Counted from the first letter of the stretch, positions 1 to 11,178 are shown. The stretch: 64,000 nucleotides of DNA from an uncultured delta proteobacterium (GCA_963815115.1 CAWFFN010000007.1:480001-544000), one strand, 5' to 3'. Numbers and translations: made by a program. The notes: generated from the letters alone by a model not told the origin.

Positions 1-525
1 CTCCCACTACAAATGCATGTCCGACATGGAGCGTGCCGCATGCGGTCTGCGGCGCCGGGGCGACGGCGTCCGCACGCCATGCGAATCAGATTCGTCCGCG
101 TTCACGCGGTACGACATGCCGGTCGCCGCTGGCCGCGGACCGGGCAGGGCGGAGGACCCGAGTTGCGAGCCGGGGCCCGTCGCGGCATGTGCTGGTTCGC
201 GATGAGCCGCGGGGGCACTCGACCGGGGGGGCGGGGGAGATTGCTCGCGTTCGCCTCGTCAATCGCCCTCGTGGGGCGGGGAGCGGCATTTCCTTGCGGC
301 CGTCTGCGGGTTCCGGCACGCTCGACTGCTCTCGATTCCTGGTGCCGACCAGGACCCTCGTGCTTCACGCTCGCGTCACGATCGCGCCGGTAGCATGGAA
401 ACCGATGCGATCGACGCGGTCCTTCGGGGGCGCGCTCTGACCAGGCGCCGCACGCTCCGGGGAGGACCGCCGCGAGTCGGGGCCGTCCGTGGCGAGCGCG
501 CCGACCGCCGCGAGGTGATCGAGAG

Positions 526-1644
526 GTGACGCGCGGCACCGGTGCCCTCGTGACACTCGCGCTCGCCCTGCTCGCCACCGCTGCGGCGTTGCCCCTGAGC
601 GGGGCGCTGGACGCCCGGATCGACGGCTCGCTCGGTGCCTGGCGCACGTGCACCGGCCTCGCCGAGGCGAGTCTGGTGAGCAGTCTCGTGATGCCGGTCG
701 GCGTTGCCTTCCTGGTCCTCGCGGTGGCGCGTGCCCTGTGGCGCCGGCAACCAGCGCCGCTCGAGATCGCGTCCCTGCTGGCGGCCGTCGGTGCGGGAGT
801 GCTCCTGGTCGGTACGCTGAAAGACATCCTCGATCGGCCCCGGCCGGGCGCCGAGTTCTTGCTGCCCGGCGGCGGCAGCTTCCCGAGCGGCCACGTCGGC
901 AACACGATGGTGAACGGCATCGCGATCCTGACGTTGTGGTGGGGCGGCGTGCGCGCCGGCTCGCACAGGCGGGGCTGGCTCCTGCTCGGGGCACTCCTGG
1001 CGGTCGTCGCCGTGGCGCGGGTCTACGAGCGCCGACACTGGCCGTCGGATACGCTCGCCGCGGCCGCGATCGCGGCTGCCTACGGATTGCTCGCCATGCG
1101 TCATCCCGATCCGCGCTGGCGGGTGGGGACCATCCTCGTCGGGCTCACGCTCGTGATCCTCGCGCAGGCCGCCATCGCGCGCGGGTTCAAGATCTGCCTC
1201 CCGGCGGGCAGCCGCGCGAGTCGGGGGACGACGGAGCAGATGGCGTTCGGAGCGGCGTTCGAGCAAGGCCGCCTGCGCGGCCACTGGGAACGCGATGCGC
1301 CGGATCCGTATCGCCGCAGTGCGTGGCTGCTGTCGGACGATGGGGAGATCGTGCTTCCGAGCCGCGGCCACTTCGACGAGGTGCGGCTGGTGGCCCGGCC
1401 GCGCAGCGATCTGCAGCCGACCGAATGCTCTCGCCTCCGGGTCGCCCTCAACGGCCGGGTCCTCGGCGACCCGATCCTGCTGCCCGGCTGGCGGGCCTAT
1501 GTCTTCCCGACCGTGCCGGCAGATTTCCGCGGCGATGAGAACGTCCTGTCTCTCCGGGTGAGCGGTACCGAAGCCGTGACACGCGGCGTACCGGCGCGGA
1601 GGGCGGCACTCAGCGAGCTGTCGCTTGCCACCGCGACGCCATGA
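526..1644 (+). CDS. PAP2-family membrane phosphatase with C-terminal soluble domain
   Basis: PAP2 motifs KxxxxRPRP (LKDILDRPRP), SFPSGH and RVYERRHWPSD; several hydrophobic helices; GAGAG before the GTG start. Confidence 0.85.
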   Translation: MTRGTGALVTLALALLATAAALPLSGALDARIDGSLGAWRTCTGLAEASLVSSLVMPVGVAFLVLAVARALWRRQPAPLEIASLLAAVGAGVLLVGTLKDILDRPRPGAEFLLPGGGSFPSGHVGNTMVNGIAILTLWWGGVRAGSHRRGWLLLGALLAVVAVARVYERRHWPSDTLAAAAIAAAYGLLAMRHPDPRWRVGTILVGLTLVILAQAAIARGFKICLPAGSRASRGTTEQMAFGAAFEQGRLRGHWERDAPDPYRRSAWLLSDDGEIVLPSRGHFDEVRLVARPRSDLQPTECSRLRVALNGRVLGDPILLPGWRAYVFPTVPADFRGDENVLSLRVSGTEAVTRGVPARRAALSELSLATATP

Positions 1645-1703
1645 CGGGAATCCGCTTCGCCTGGTGGCGTGGACTCGAACCGTAGCGCCGGCCGCGGTGG
1701 CCT

Positions 1704-2237
1704 CTATCGGACGAGGCTCTTCGACCGCTGGCCGTCACGCCGAGTGAGCTGGACGATCGGGATCCTTCGACCCGCGCTGGCCGCGTCGTGTCGATAGCTG
1801 GCGAACGCCGGGAAGACGCGGTCGGCGAGCACCCACAACCGCTCGCGTTCGGCCTCGTCGTTCACCGCCGTCGCCCGCATCGGGATCCCGGCGAGGGTGA
1901 CGTCGGGGTGCGCTGACAGGTTGTGGTACCAGGCCGGGTGCTTCGAGCTGCCGGCATTCGACGCGACGATGATGACCCGGTCGCCGTCATGGAAGTAGAT
2001 GATCGCGTTTCGCCGTCGCGCGCCGCTCCTCGCACCACGGGTCTCGAGCAGCGCGGTGGGGAAGACGAGCGTCGTGGCCACGCGGCCGCGCGTGACTCGC
2101 AGGAGCAGTGGATCGATCTTCCAGTTGACGTGGCGGGAGATGAACCTGGCGAAGCGGCCGGCGGCGAGCGCGGCATAGGAGCGGGCGAAGAGGCCGGGCG
2201 TACGGGTCGGATCGACGTATCTGAGCTGCGCGGCCAC
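1704..2237 (-). CDS. Deazaflavin (F420)-dependent nitroreductase family protein (Ddn-like)
   Basis: LLETRGARSG, IVASNAGSSKHPAWYHNL and YRHDAASAGRRIPIV motifs; start placed at GTG 2237 behind a GAGGAGG SD (ORF track starts at 2264). Confidence 0.88.
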   Translation of the reverse strand: MAAQLRYVDPTRTPGLFARSYAALAAGRFARFISRHVNWKIDPLLLRVTRGRVATTLVFPTALLETRGARSGARRRNAIIYFHDGDRVIIVASNAGSSKHPAWYHNLSAHPDVTLAGIPMRATAVNDEAERERLWVLADRVFPAFASYRHDAASAGRRIPIVQLTRRDGQRSKSLVR

Positions 2238-2373
2238 CGCGATCGCCCTCCTCTGAAGGTGCACTCGCTAGCGACGAATGGGCTAGCCTGCGAGTGTGAC
2301 AGGGCCCGCACCGACAGGCCAACCGTGCAAGCCGTGCCGGTCACCCGGAGGGCATCTGCGGCTCTCCATGCCG

Positions 2374-3663
2374 TCATTCCTCCCCATGCGCCGTGACGGC
2401 GTGAAACTGCGCCAACAGCAGGAGATCGTACGCGGCCTTCAGCACGCCGCCACAGACGAGCGGCCAGCCGACGGCGGACCGGTCGAGCATCAGGCCGGCG
2501 AAGAGCGGCGGCAGGGCGGCTGCCAGGCTGCGCGGCACGTTGGTGACGCTGGCGGCCGCGGCGCGCTCCGCGGGCGGCACGACCGCCATCACCAGGGCCT
2601 GCCGCGCCGGGACGTCCATCTGTGAGAGCGCCGCGCGCAGCAAGAGACAGATGATCGCGAGCGGCGCGCTCGGCACCAGCCCGGCAGCGACCAGCAGCAG
2701 ATTGGCCGGGAGATGGGTATAGACCATGGTGCGCACGAGTCCGATGCGGATGGCCAGCAGCGGCGAGAGGAGCTGGGAGAGACCGCCGAGGACGCTGGTG
2801 GCGAAGAAGACGCCGGCCGTCGCCGATGGCGAGAGATCGAACCGCCGGTAGAGCCACAGCACGAGCAAGGACTGGACGACGAATCCACCGCCGAACGAGT
2901 CGAGGCTGAAGAGGGCGGCGAGCTGGACCACGATGCGACGCGAGCGCGCGAGCGGCCCGCCGGCCGCGTCCCGGCCCGTCTCGACGGAGGATCCGAGCCT
3001 CCGGTAGACGATCGCCGTCGCGACCGCGATGGCGGAATAGACCACGAAGCCCACGCGATCCGGCGTGTCGGACCCCGCGCCGCCGCCGTGCGCGAGCAGC
3101 CACGGCGCCGCGCTGGCGAGCGCGCCCAGCCCACCCGCGAAGTTGCCCGCGACGTTGTACCAGGCGAACATGCTGGTCCGGTCTCGGGGGGCCGTGGTCT
3201 GCGCCAGGGCGGCCTGCTCGGCGGGGAGGAAGACGCTGACGTCGCCGGCGGACGGGTTCAGCGTTCCGAGCACCGCCACGGCGAGGAGCGGCCAGAAGGC
3301 CGTGATGCCGGCGAAGCCGAGGCCGGTGGCGAGCATGAGAACGGACGCGCCCAGGAGGATGCGGCGCCGCTCGAGACGGTGGCCGGCGAGACCGAGAACG
3401 ATGGTGAGCGCTGCGGACCCGAGAAGCGTCGCGGTGACGATGGCACCGACCTGCACGGGCGTGAACCCGATGGCGGTCAGGTAGCCGGCAAGGAGGACGC
3501 TCACCAGGCCGTCGGCGAACCCGCGCAGCGCGCGGGCGAGCAGGATCCGGCGCGCGTCGGGCGTGGGCCGCGGCACGGAGGATGCCGGCGGATCGACCTG
3601 CCGGCCCCCCGGGATGGCGGCGACCTGCGATCCGGGCTGCTCGCGTGACGGCCGCGACGGCAT
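2374..3663 (-). CDS. MFS transporter
   Basis: About 12 hydrophobic segments; FSLDSFGGGF and SQMDVPARQA motifs; start uncertain (ATG 3663). Confidence 0.85.
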   Translation of the reverse strand: MPSRPSREQPGSQVAAIPGGRQVDPPASSVPRPTPDARRILLARALRGFADGLVSVLLAGYLTAIGFTPVQVGAIVTATLLGSAALTIVLGLAGHRLERRRILLGASVLMLATGLGFAGITAFWPLLAVAVLGTLNPSAGDVSVFLPAEQAALAQTTAPRDRTSMFAWYNVAGNFAGGLGALASAAPWLLAHGGGAGSDTPDRVGFVVYSAIAVATAIVYRRLGSSVETGRDAAGGPLARSRRIVVQLAALFSLDSFGGGFVVQSLLVLWLYRRFDLSPSATAGVFFATSVLGGLSQLLSPLLAIRIGLVRTMVYTHLPANLLLVAAGLVPSAPLAIICLLLRAALSQMDVPARQALVMAVVPPAERAAAASVTNVPRSLAAALPPLFAGLMLDRSAVGWPLVCGGVLKAAYDLLLLAQFHAVTAHGEE

Positions 3664-3747
3664 GCCGCACGTGTAGGTGCGGCTGCGACCGGGAGTCAAC
3701 GAGCCCGAGCCCCCGGGCGCGCACGGACCGCCGCGCCAGCGCAGAGG

Positions 3748-5087
<1,340 letters not shown>

Positions 5088-5091
<4 letters not shown>

Positions 5092-6023
5092 GCGAGCCCT
5101 CCGGCGGGAAGCCTCACCGTGAAGCGCGCGCCGCCGCCGGCACGGTCGCCGACGTCGATCGTGCCGCCGTGCGCCTCGACGATCTGGCGCGCGACCGCGA
5201 GGCCGAGCCCGGTGCCGCGCGGCCGCGTCGTGAAGAAGGGCTCGAAGATCCGGCCGCGAATCTCGGTCGGGATGCCGGGGCCGTCGTCCGACACGGCGAG
5301 CTCGACGCCGTCGGCGGCCCCGCGCGCCTCGACCGTCACGGAGCCACCCGGCGCCACTGCCTCGCCGGCGTTCGAGAGCAGTCCGAGCAGGACCTGGCAG
5401 ACGAGGTCGCCGTCGGCGGTGATCGTCGGCAGGGACGGTGCGTGCTCGCGCCGCAGCCGGACACCGCGGGTGGCCAGGTCGCTGGCGGCGAGGTCGGCCG
5501 CCCGTGCGACCACCTCGGCCAGCGGGACCGGTCGAGGGTTGAGCTGGAGCGGGCGGGCGAAGGCGAGGAGCGCGCTCACCACGCTGCTCAGGCGATCGAC
5601 CTCGGCGATGATGAACGACGCCGCGCGCTGCCCGCTGGCGTCGGCGTGTGGCAGCGTCTCGGTGAGCCCCTGGGCCGCCGAGCGTACGACGGCGAGCGGG
5701 TTGCGAACCTCGTGGGCAATCGCCGCAGCGAGCTGGCCCAGGGCGGCGAGCTTCTCGGTCTGGGCGACGCGCGCCCGTGCCGATGCGAGCGCCTCCGCCG
5801 TCGCCCGCTCTCGCCGGCGCGTGTCGATGGCGTCGCCGAGCAGGAACCCGAGGAGCGCGCCCGTCCCGCTGAACCAGACCGCGACGTGCCAGAACGCGTC
5901 GTGTCCGTTCAAAGCGAACGTGGTGCCGAGCCAGGACAGGATCACCGTGTCGCCGATGCTCACGACGGCGCCGGCGACGGCGCCCCAGACGCGGAGGCCG
6001 ATCCGGCGGCGCGGTCTCTTCAT
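5088..6023 (-). CDS. Sensor histidine kinase with two TM helices and a minimal loop
   Basis: H-box AHEVRNPL, N-box LLSNA, DDGPGI, FFTT and GTGLGL; two N-terminal hydrophobic segments. Confidence 0.93.
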
Positions 6024-6187
6024 GGTCGGGGTCGACGGTGCAACTCGCGGGCCGTTCACGGGCCGGCATTGTTTCCCGGGTGGGGAACGGCGCGCAACGA
6101 GCCGCGGCGGTGCGCTGCCGCCACGCCCCGTGGCGCGGGCGCCACGGATGGGACGCGGCGGGGCAGTCGACGCGCGGCTCCCCGATG

Positions 6188-6203
6188 TGGCACGGGACTT
6201 GGA
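6188..6203 (+). promoter_or_regulatory. Putative sigma-54 (-24/-12) promoter
   Basis: TGGCACGGGACTTGGA: exact -24 element and spacing, GG instead of GC at -12; ~27 nt upstream of the DUF2834-like ATG and divergent from a sigma-54 activator. Confidence 0.6.
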
Positions 6204-6229
6204 CCGCTCGGGTCCGAAAGGAGGTCACC

Positions 6230-6559
6230 ATGACCAGAGGACTCCGGATCGCGCTCGGGTTCGTGCTCGCCGCCTTCGCGGCACTCACGGCGTACACCGT
6301 CCATCGCTACGGCGCCGCCGAGAGCCTGGCCCTGTGCTTCACGAACGCCGCCACCGTCACGCTGTTCGTCGACGCCTCCATCGCGCTCGGTCTCATCGTC
6401 ATCTGGATGTGGCAGGATGCGCGGGCGCGGGGCCGCTCGTGGCTGCCGTACGCGCTGCTGACGGTCACCGCCGGCAGCGTGGGGCCGCTCCTCTACCTGG
6501 TCGCGGGGCGCAGCGCCGGGACGGGCGCCCGCGCATCCGACGGGAGCCTCGCGGCATGA
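6230..6559 (+). CDS. DUF2834-like small membrane protein
   Basis: AAAGGAGG SD; three TM helices; WMWQDARARG and GSVGPLLYL. Confidence 0.8.
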   Translation: MTRGLRIALGFVLAAFAALTAYTVHRYGAAESLALCFTNAATVTLFVDASIALGLIVIWMWQDARARGRSWLPYALLTVTAGSVGPLLYLVAGRSAGTGARASDGSLAA

Positions 6560-6864
6560 CCTCCGCCGTGCGGGTCCTCGTCGGCGTCGTGCTGCTCGCG
6601 TTCGCGTATCTGAACGCGTACGTCGTGTGGCACTACGGCTACCTGGGCTTCTGGCAACTCGTGACCGCCAACGCGGCGACCATCGCCGCCATGGTCGACC
6701 TGACGATCGCGCTCGCACTCGTCACCGTCTGGATGTGGCGCGACGCGCGCGGACGCGGCATCTTCCTGGCGCCCTATCTGGTGCTCACGGCGACGCTGGG
6801 GAGCATCGGCCCGCTGCTCTACCTGCTGCTGCACGGACGGGCGGCGTCCAGCGAAAAGGCATGA
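6556..6864 (+). CDS. DUF2834-like small membrane protein (tandem paralog)
   Basis: ATGA-coupled; DLTIAL, WMWRDARGRG and GSIGPLLYL; C-terminal part of ORF 4033..6864. Confidence 0.82.
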   Translation: MTSAVRVLVGVVLLAFAYLNAYVVWHYGYLGFWQLVTANAATIAAMVDLTIALALVTVWMWRDARGRGIFLAPYLVLTATLGSIGPLLYLLLHGRAASSEKA

Positions 6865-6877
6865 CGGCGCCCGTGGG

Positions 6878-6911
6878 CGACGCGTGACGGGCCGGCGTCC
6901 GTCACGCGTCG
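6878..6911. terminator. 13-bp perfect hairpin between convergent genes
   Basis: CGACGCGTGACGG-N8-CCGTCACGCGTCG; no U-tract. Confidence 0.55.
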
Positions 6912-6954
6912 AGGCGGCCGCGGCGCGCCCCGAGACGACCCGGGCCGCCCTGCG

Positions 6955-7272
6955 CTAGGCGCAGGCCGTGCGATCGAAGCCGCAACCGGACAGCGTCAGG
7001 CAGCGAGTTGCCGCGTCGTAGAAGCCCGCGAAGCGGCAGACCGTGGTGCCGCGCCGGGTGAGCACCGCACCGGCCACCTCGCCCGTCGCACTGACGGCCA
7101 GGGCGATGTGATGGTGCTTCCCGGCGTGGGACTCGCGGGTGCTGAGCGTCACCAGCGCGACGGTGTGGTTGGCTGCGGTCCCGACCTGCGGCGCGGCCCG
7201 ATCCGGGAGCGGATGCGCGAGCAGGGCGGCGGTGAGAGTGGAAGCCAGCATCATGCTCATCATGCTCGCCAT
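6955..7272 (-). CDS. Hypothetical small secreted protein with 4 Cys
   Basis: Signal-like N-terminus; fills the gap between genes; no family recognised. Confidence 0.55.
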   Translation of the reverse strand: MASMMSMMLASTLTAALLAHPLPDRAAPQVGTAANHTVALVTLSTRESHAGKHHHIALAVSATGEVAGAVLTRRGTTVCRFAGFYDAATRCLTLSGCGFDRTACA

Positions 7273-7372
7273 GCCGTAGCGCCCCGGCGTACGGATGTGC
7301 GCGAGGTGCCCGGCGGCACCGGCTCGCCGAGATGCGACGTTCGCCCGGAGCGGTCGACGAAACGGCGAACGG

Positions 7373-8545
7373 TCAGCGCAGCGACGCGTACACGGCGTCG
7401 AGGAGCCGTGCCGAGCGGGGGTCTCCCGTCAGCCCGAGCTGCATCTGGTTCATGACGTAGCCGAACCCGATCTCCGCCTCGGGATCGGCGAGACCCAGGG
7501 AGCCGCCCGCTCCGGGATGGCCGAAGGCGCCGTCGCGGGCCGCCGGCGAGAGGGTCGGCGGCACCATGAACCCCGTGCCGAAGCGCGTGGGAAGCATCAG
7601 GACGGCGTCGGGACCGTCGGAGCGCACCTCGCGCGCCGCCCTGATCGTCCCGGGCGCGAGCAGCCGGATGCCGTCGACCTCTCCGGCGAGCGCGGCGTAG
7701 ACGCGTGCGAGCGCGCGCGCGGTGGCGATGCCGTTCGACGACGGCATCTCGGCGGCGTGCAGCGCGCGCCGGTTCCACATCTCGTCGTAGTGGAAGAGAT
7801 TCGAGGGGCCGGTCATGGCGCGGGCGAGGAGGGTGTCCGGCGCCATCAGGCGGTCGAGCAGGTCGCGCGCGTCGCCCGCCGGCAGCGGGGGCGCGGGAAC
7901 GAGCGCCGCAACGCGCGCCTCCTCGGACTCGGGCAGGCCGATCCAGAACTCCAGGCCGAGCGGCGCGGCGATCTCGTCGGCGAAGAACTTGCCGAGGGTC
8001 TTGCCGGTGACGCGCCGGACGACCTCGCCGAGGATCCAGCCGTAGGTTCGGAAGTGGTATCCGTGCCGCGTGCCCGGCTCCCACACCGGCGTCTGCGCGG
8101 CGGTGGCGGCGACCACGGGCTCCCACGCGAGCACCTGATCGAGGGTGAGCGGTGCGTCCACGACCGGCACCCCCGCGCGGTGGCTGAGCACCCACGCCAG
8201 CGGGATGGCCTCCTTGCCCGCGGCGCCGAACTCCGGCCAGTACGCCGCGACGGGCGTGCGGAGGCCGAGCACGCCGCGCTCGACCAGCCGCAGCACGCAG
8301 GCCGCCGTGATGCCCTTGGTGACGGAGAAGACCAGCGCCGCGGTCTCACGCGTCCAGGGCCGGTCGCGCTCGCGATCGGCCATGCCGGCCCACAGGTCCA
8401 CCGCCATCGTGCCGCGATGATACACGCAGCACGCGGCGCCGACCTCGCCGTGGCGCGCGAAGTTGTCCGCGAAGGCATCGCGCACGCGGCCGAAGCGCGG
8501 CGCCGCCTCGCCATGAACGTCGACCGGCACGCGCCCTCGTAGCAT
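7373..8545 (-). CDS. Serine hydrolase (beta-lactamase-related esterase)
   Basis: SxxK (FSVTK), LSHRAG, WEPGTRHGYH and FGHPGAGGS. Confidence 0.92.
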   Translation of the reverse strand: MLRGRVPVDVHGEAAPRFGRVRDAFADNFARHGEVGAACCVYHRGTMAVDLWAGMADRERDRPWTRETAALVFSVTKGITAACVLRLVERGVLGLRTPVAAYWPEFGAAGKEAIPLAWVLSHRAGVPVVDAPLTLDQVLAWEPVVAATAAQTPVWEPGTRHGYHFRTYGWILGEVVRRVTGKTLGKFFADEIAAPLGLEFWIGLPESEEARVAALVPAPPLPAGDARDLLDRLMAPDTLLARAMTGPSNLFHYDEMWNRRALHAAEMPSSNGIATARALARVYAALAGEVDGIRLLAPGTIRAAREVRSDGPDAVLMLPTRFGTGFMVPPTLSPAARDGAFGHPGAGGSLGLADPEAEIGFGYVMNQMQLGLTGDPRSARLLDAVYASLR

Positions 8546-8659
8546 CCAGCCGGGCAGGGGTCACGCCGCCTCGACGACGAGCGCGACGCACGGGATGGCG
8601 CACCGCGCAAGGTCGTTTCGATCTTCCATCGAACGCGGCTCACGTGCCATGCTGCCGCC

Positions 8660-9847
8660 ATGCCTGGACCGATCCCGAGAGCCCTCTACTCCGCCACGCT
8701 CCTGGCCGGCGTGCTCCTCGCCAGCGTCGCGACGGCGGGCCGCCGCGCTGCCGAGAACCCGTATCCGGGATACCGGAGCGCGATCTACTCCGAGCCCGCC
8801 AACTGGCTCTGCCGTCCCGACGAGGACGACGTCTGCGACCACGACCTCGACGCCACGATCGTCAAGGCGAACGGACACACGAGCGTCGATCACTGGCGGC
8901 CCGCGCGCCATCCGAAATTCGACTGCTTCTACATCTACCCGACCATCTCGACCGACCCGGGCCACAACAGCGACCTCGTGCCCGGCGCCGATCAGGAGCT
9001 GTTCGTCGTGCGGCAGCAGGCAGCGCGACTGGGCTCCGTGTGCCGGGTCTTTGCGCCCGTCTACCGTCAGGTCACGTTGACCTCGCTCGTGGCCGGCACG
9101 ACGACGGCGAGCGATGCGGCCATGGCATACGCCGACGTGCTCGACGCCTGGAAGCACTACGTGGCCAACGACAGCGATGGCCGCGGCGTGCTGCTCATCG
9201 GCCACTCGCAGGGCGCGAGCATCCTCACCAGGCTGATCAAGAACGAGATCGACCCCAATCCCGACGTGCGGGACAGGCTCGTGTCGGCGATGCTCCTCGG
9301 CACCAGCCTCCAGGTGCCCGAGGGCAAGGACGTCGGCGGTGACTTCGCCAGCATCCGTCTCTGCCACACGCCGCACGACACCGGTTGTGTCGTCACCTAC
9401 GCGTCCTTCCGGTCGACCGCTCCACCGCCGGGGAACTCGCTCTTCGGCCGCTCGCTGCACGCGGGCTGGAAGGCGGCATGCACCAACCCGGCCTCGCTGC
9501 GCGGCGGGACCGGCACGCTGCACCCCTTCCTGCCCACGAACGGGCAAGCGCTGCCGATCCTGCCGCCGGTGACCCCGCAATGGGTCGCGGCGTCGAAAGG
9601 AGTCACGATCGAGACGCCCTTCGTCACGCTGCCGCGATTCGTCGACGCCGGCTGCGCCGAGGAGAACGGCTTCGTCTATCTCTCGCTCACCGTGAAGGGC
9701 GACACGGCCGACCCCCGCGTCGACGACGTCGGCGGCGACCTCACGCCGGAATGGGGCATGCATCTCATCGACGTCAACGTGGCCATGGGCGACCTGGTCG
9801 CGCTGGCCGGGAGCGAGGGCAAGGCCTACCGCTCGCACCGGCGCTGA
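8660..9847 (+). CDS. Secreted DUF3089-type alpha/beta hydrolase
   Basis: Signal peptide; WLCRP, DCFYIYPTIS, GHSQG nucleophile and WGMHLIDVN. Confidence 0.85.
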   Translation: MPGPIPRALYSATLLAGVLLASVATAGRRAAENPYPGYRSAIYSEPANWLCRPDEDDVCDHDLDATIVKANGHTSVDHWRPARHPKFDCFYIYPTISTDPGHNSDLVPGADQELFVVRQQAARLGSVCRVFAPVYRQVTLTSLVAGTTTASDAAMAYADVLDAWKHYVANDSDGRGVLLIGHSQGASILTRLIKNEIDPNPDVRDRLVSAMLLGTSLQVPEGKDVGGDFASIRLCHTPHDTGCVVTYASFRSTAPPPGNSLFGRSLHAGWKAACTNPASLRGGTGTLHPFLPTNGQALPILPPVTPQWVAASKGVTIETPFVTLPRFVDAGCAEENGFVYLSLTVKGDTADPRVDDVGGDLTPEWGMHLIDVNVAMGDLVALAGSEGKAYRSHRR

Positions 9848-9863
9848 CCGGCCTGCCGGCGGG

Positions 9864-10316
9864 TCACGCCGTGCCGGCGGCGCGTGCCGGGCTCCGCAGA
9901 TCGACGGCCTGGAGCCACGAGCGGAGCGCCAGGTAGCAGAGCAGTCCGGCGGGCCCGAACAGCAGCGTGAGGAGCAGGATCGGCGACAGCCGATACCCCG
10001 CATCGGGTGCGTCGTGCGTCATCCATCGCGCGACGAAGAGATCGAAGCACAGGTAGTGCACCCAGCCCGCGAGGGCGATCCAGGGCGAGGTGAAGAGCTT
10101 CATCACGCCGGCCAGGCTGCCGAAGGCGTTCGGATCCAGCCCACGTCGCGACAGGACGAAGCCGACGAGTCCGGTGTAGAGCGCGGCGAGAATCGCCCAT
10201 GGCCACGTGCTGCGCGTCAGGCCCCGCGCCGCACTCGTGCCCGGCGCGAGGATCCACACTGCCCAGATCGGGAGCGGCAGGAGGTTGGCGATCTGGAAGA
10301 CCGTGGCGGGCTCCAT
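9864..10316 (-). CDS. ABA4-like (DUF4281) membrane protein
   Basis: AGWVHYLCFDLFVARW and LLFGPAGLLCYL signature. Confidence 0.88.
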   Translation of the reverse strand: MEPATVFQIANLLPLPIWAVWILAPGTSAARGLTRSTWPWAILAALYTGLVGFVLSRRGLDPNAFGSLAGVMKLFTSPWIALAGWVHYLCFDLFVARWMTHDAPDAGYRLSPILLLTLLFGPAGLLCYLALRSWLQAVDLRSPARAAGTA

Positions 10317-10410
10317 GGCGGCGCTCTAGGTGGTTTCGCGCACGAACGCCAGCGCTCGCGCGCAGGCTTCGCGCCTTGGGGTGGTACCGTGCCTGTGCTA
10401 AGCCAGGCGC

Positions 10411-11178
10411 ATGGAGCTGCGGGGCGCCGTCGCGCTGGTGACGGGAGCGAGCCGCGGGGTCGGACGCGCGATCGCGGTGGCGCTCGCCGAGGCCGGAGCG
10501 GACGTCGCATGCGCCGCACGTGCCACCGACGTCTCCCCGCTCGAGATCCCGGGCACGATCGACGAGACGGTGCGCGCGGTCGAGCAGCGCGGCGGCCGCG
10601 GGCTCGCCATTCCCACCGACCTCTCGAAGCCCGACCAGGTCGAGGCCATGGTGGCGCGGACCATCACCACCTTCGGCCGCCTCGACATCCTCGTCAGCAA
10701 CGCCGCCATCACGTTTCCCGGGGACCTCGAGCTGCCCATGAAACGGTGGGACCTGGTGCTCGACGTCAACCTGCGCGCGCCGCTGCTGGCGATGAAGGCG
10801 GCGCTCCCCGGCATGATCGCGCGGCGCCACGGCAGCATCCTGAACGTGTCGTCGGCCGCGGCCGTCCTGGCCGTTCCCGGGCTGCTCGTGTACGGCGTGT
10901 CGAAGGCGGCGCTCGAACGCCTCACGACCGGCGCCGCGGAGGAGCTGCGGCCCTACGGCATCGCCGTCAACTGCTTTCGCATCGACGTTCCCCTCGCGTC
11001 CGAGGGCTTCGTCTACAATGCCCCGGAGCTGGACAAGGCCGACTGGGAGCCGAGCGAAGTGGGGGCGGACGGCGCCCTCTGGATGCTCGGCCAGCCGCCC
11101 GCGTTCACGGGCCAGGTCAAGAGCATCACCGAGCTGCGCCGCGAGCACGGCGTGGCGCCGAGCCGGCTCGCGCACTGA
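10411..11178 (+). CDS. SDR family oxidoreductase
   Basis: TGASRGVG, NVSS and YGVSK (YxxxK). Confidence 0.93.
   Translation: MELRGAVALVTGASRGVGRAIAVALAEAGADVACAARATDVSPLEIPGTIDETVRAVEQRGGRGLAIPTDLSKPDQVEAMVARTITTFGRLDILVSNAAITFPGDLELPMKRWDLVLDVNLRAPLLAMKAALPGMIARRHGSILNVSSAAAVLAVPGLLVYGVSKAALERLTTGAAEELRPYGIAVNCFRIDVPLASEGFVYNAPELDKADWEPSEVGADGALWMLGQPPAFTGQVKSITELRREHGVAPSRLAH

Noticed and set aside
1662-1681. tRNA-like fragment (minus strand GGTTCGAGTCC...CCACCA)
   Set aside because: The T-stem pairs for only 2 bp, spacing to CCA is too short, the gap cannot hold a cloverleaf, and no integrase is nearby.
2323-2340. GGCACGGCTTGC sigma-54-like motif upstream of the Ddn gene
   Set aside because: GG-to-GC spacing is 8 nt rather than the required 10.
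8635-8649. Sigma-54-like TGGCACG-N4-CCGC on the minus strand
   Set aside because: The -12 element lacks TT and the match is plausible by chance at this GC.
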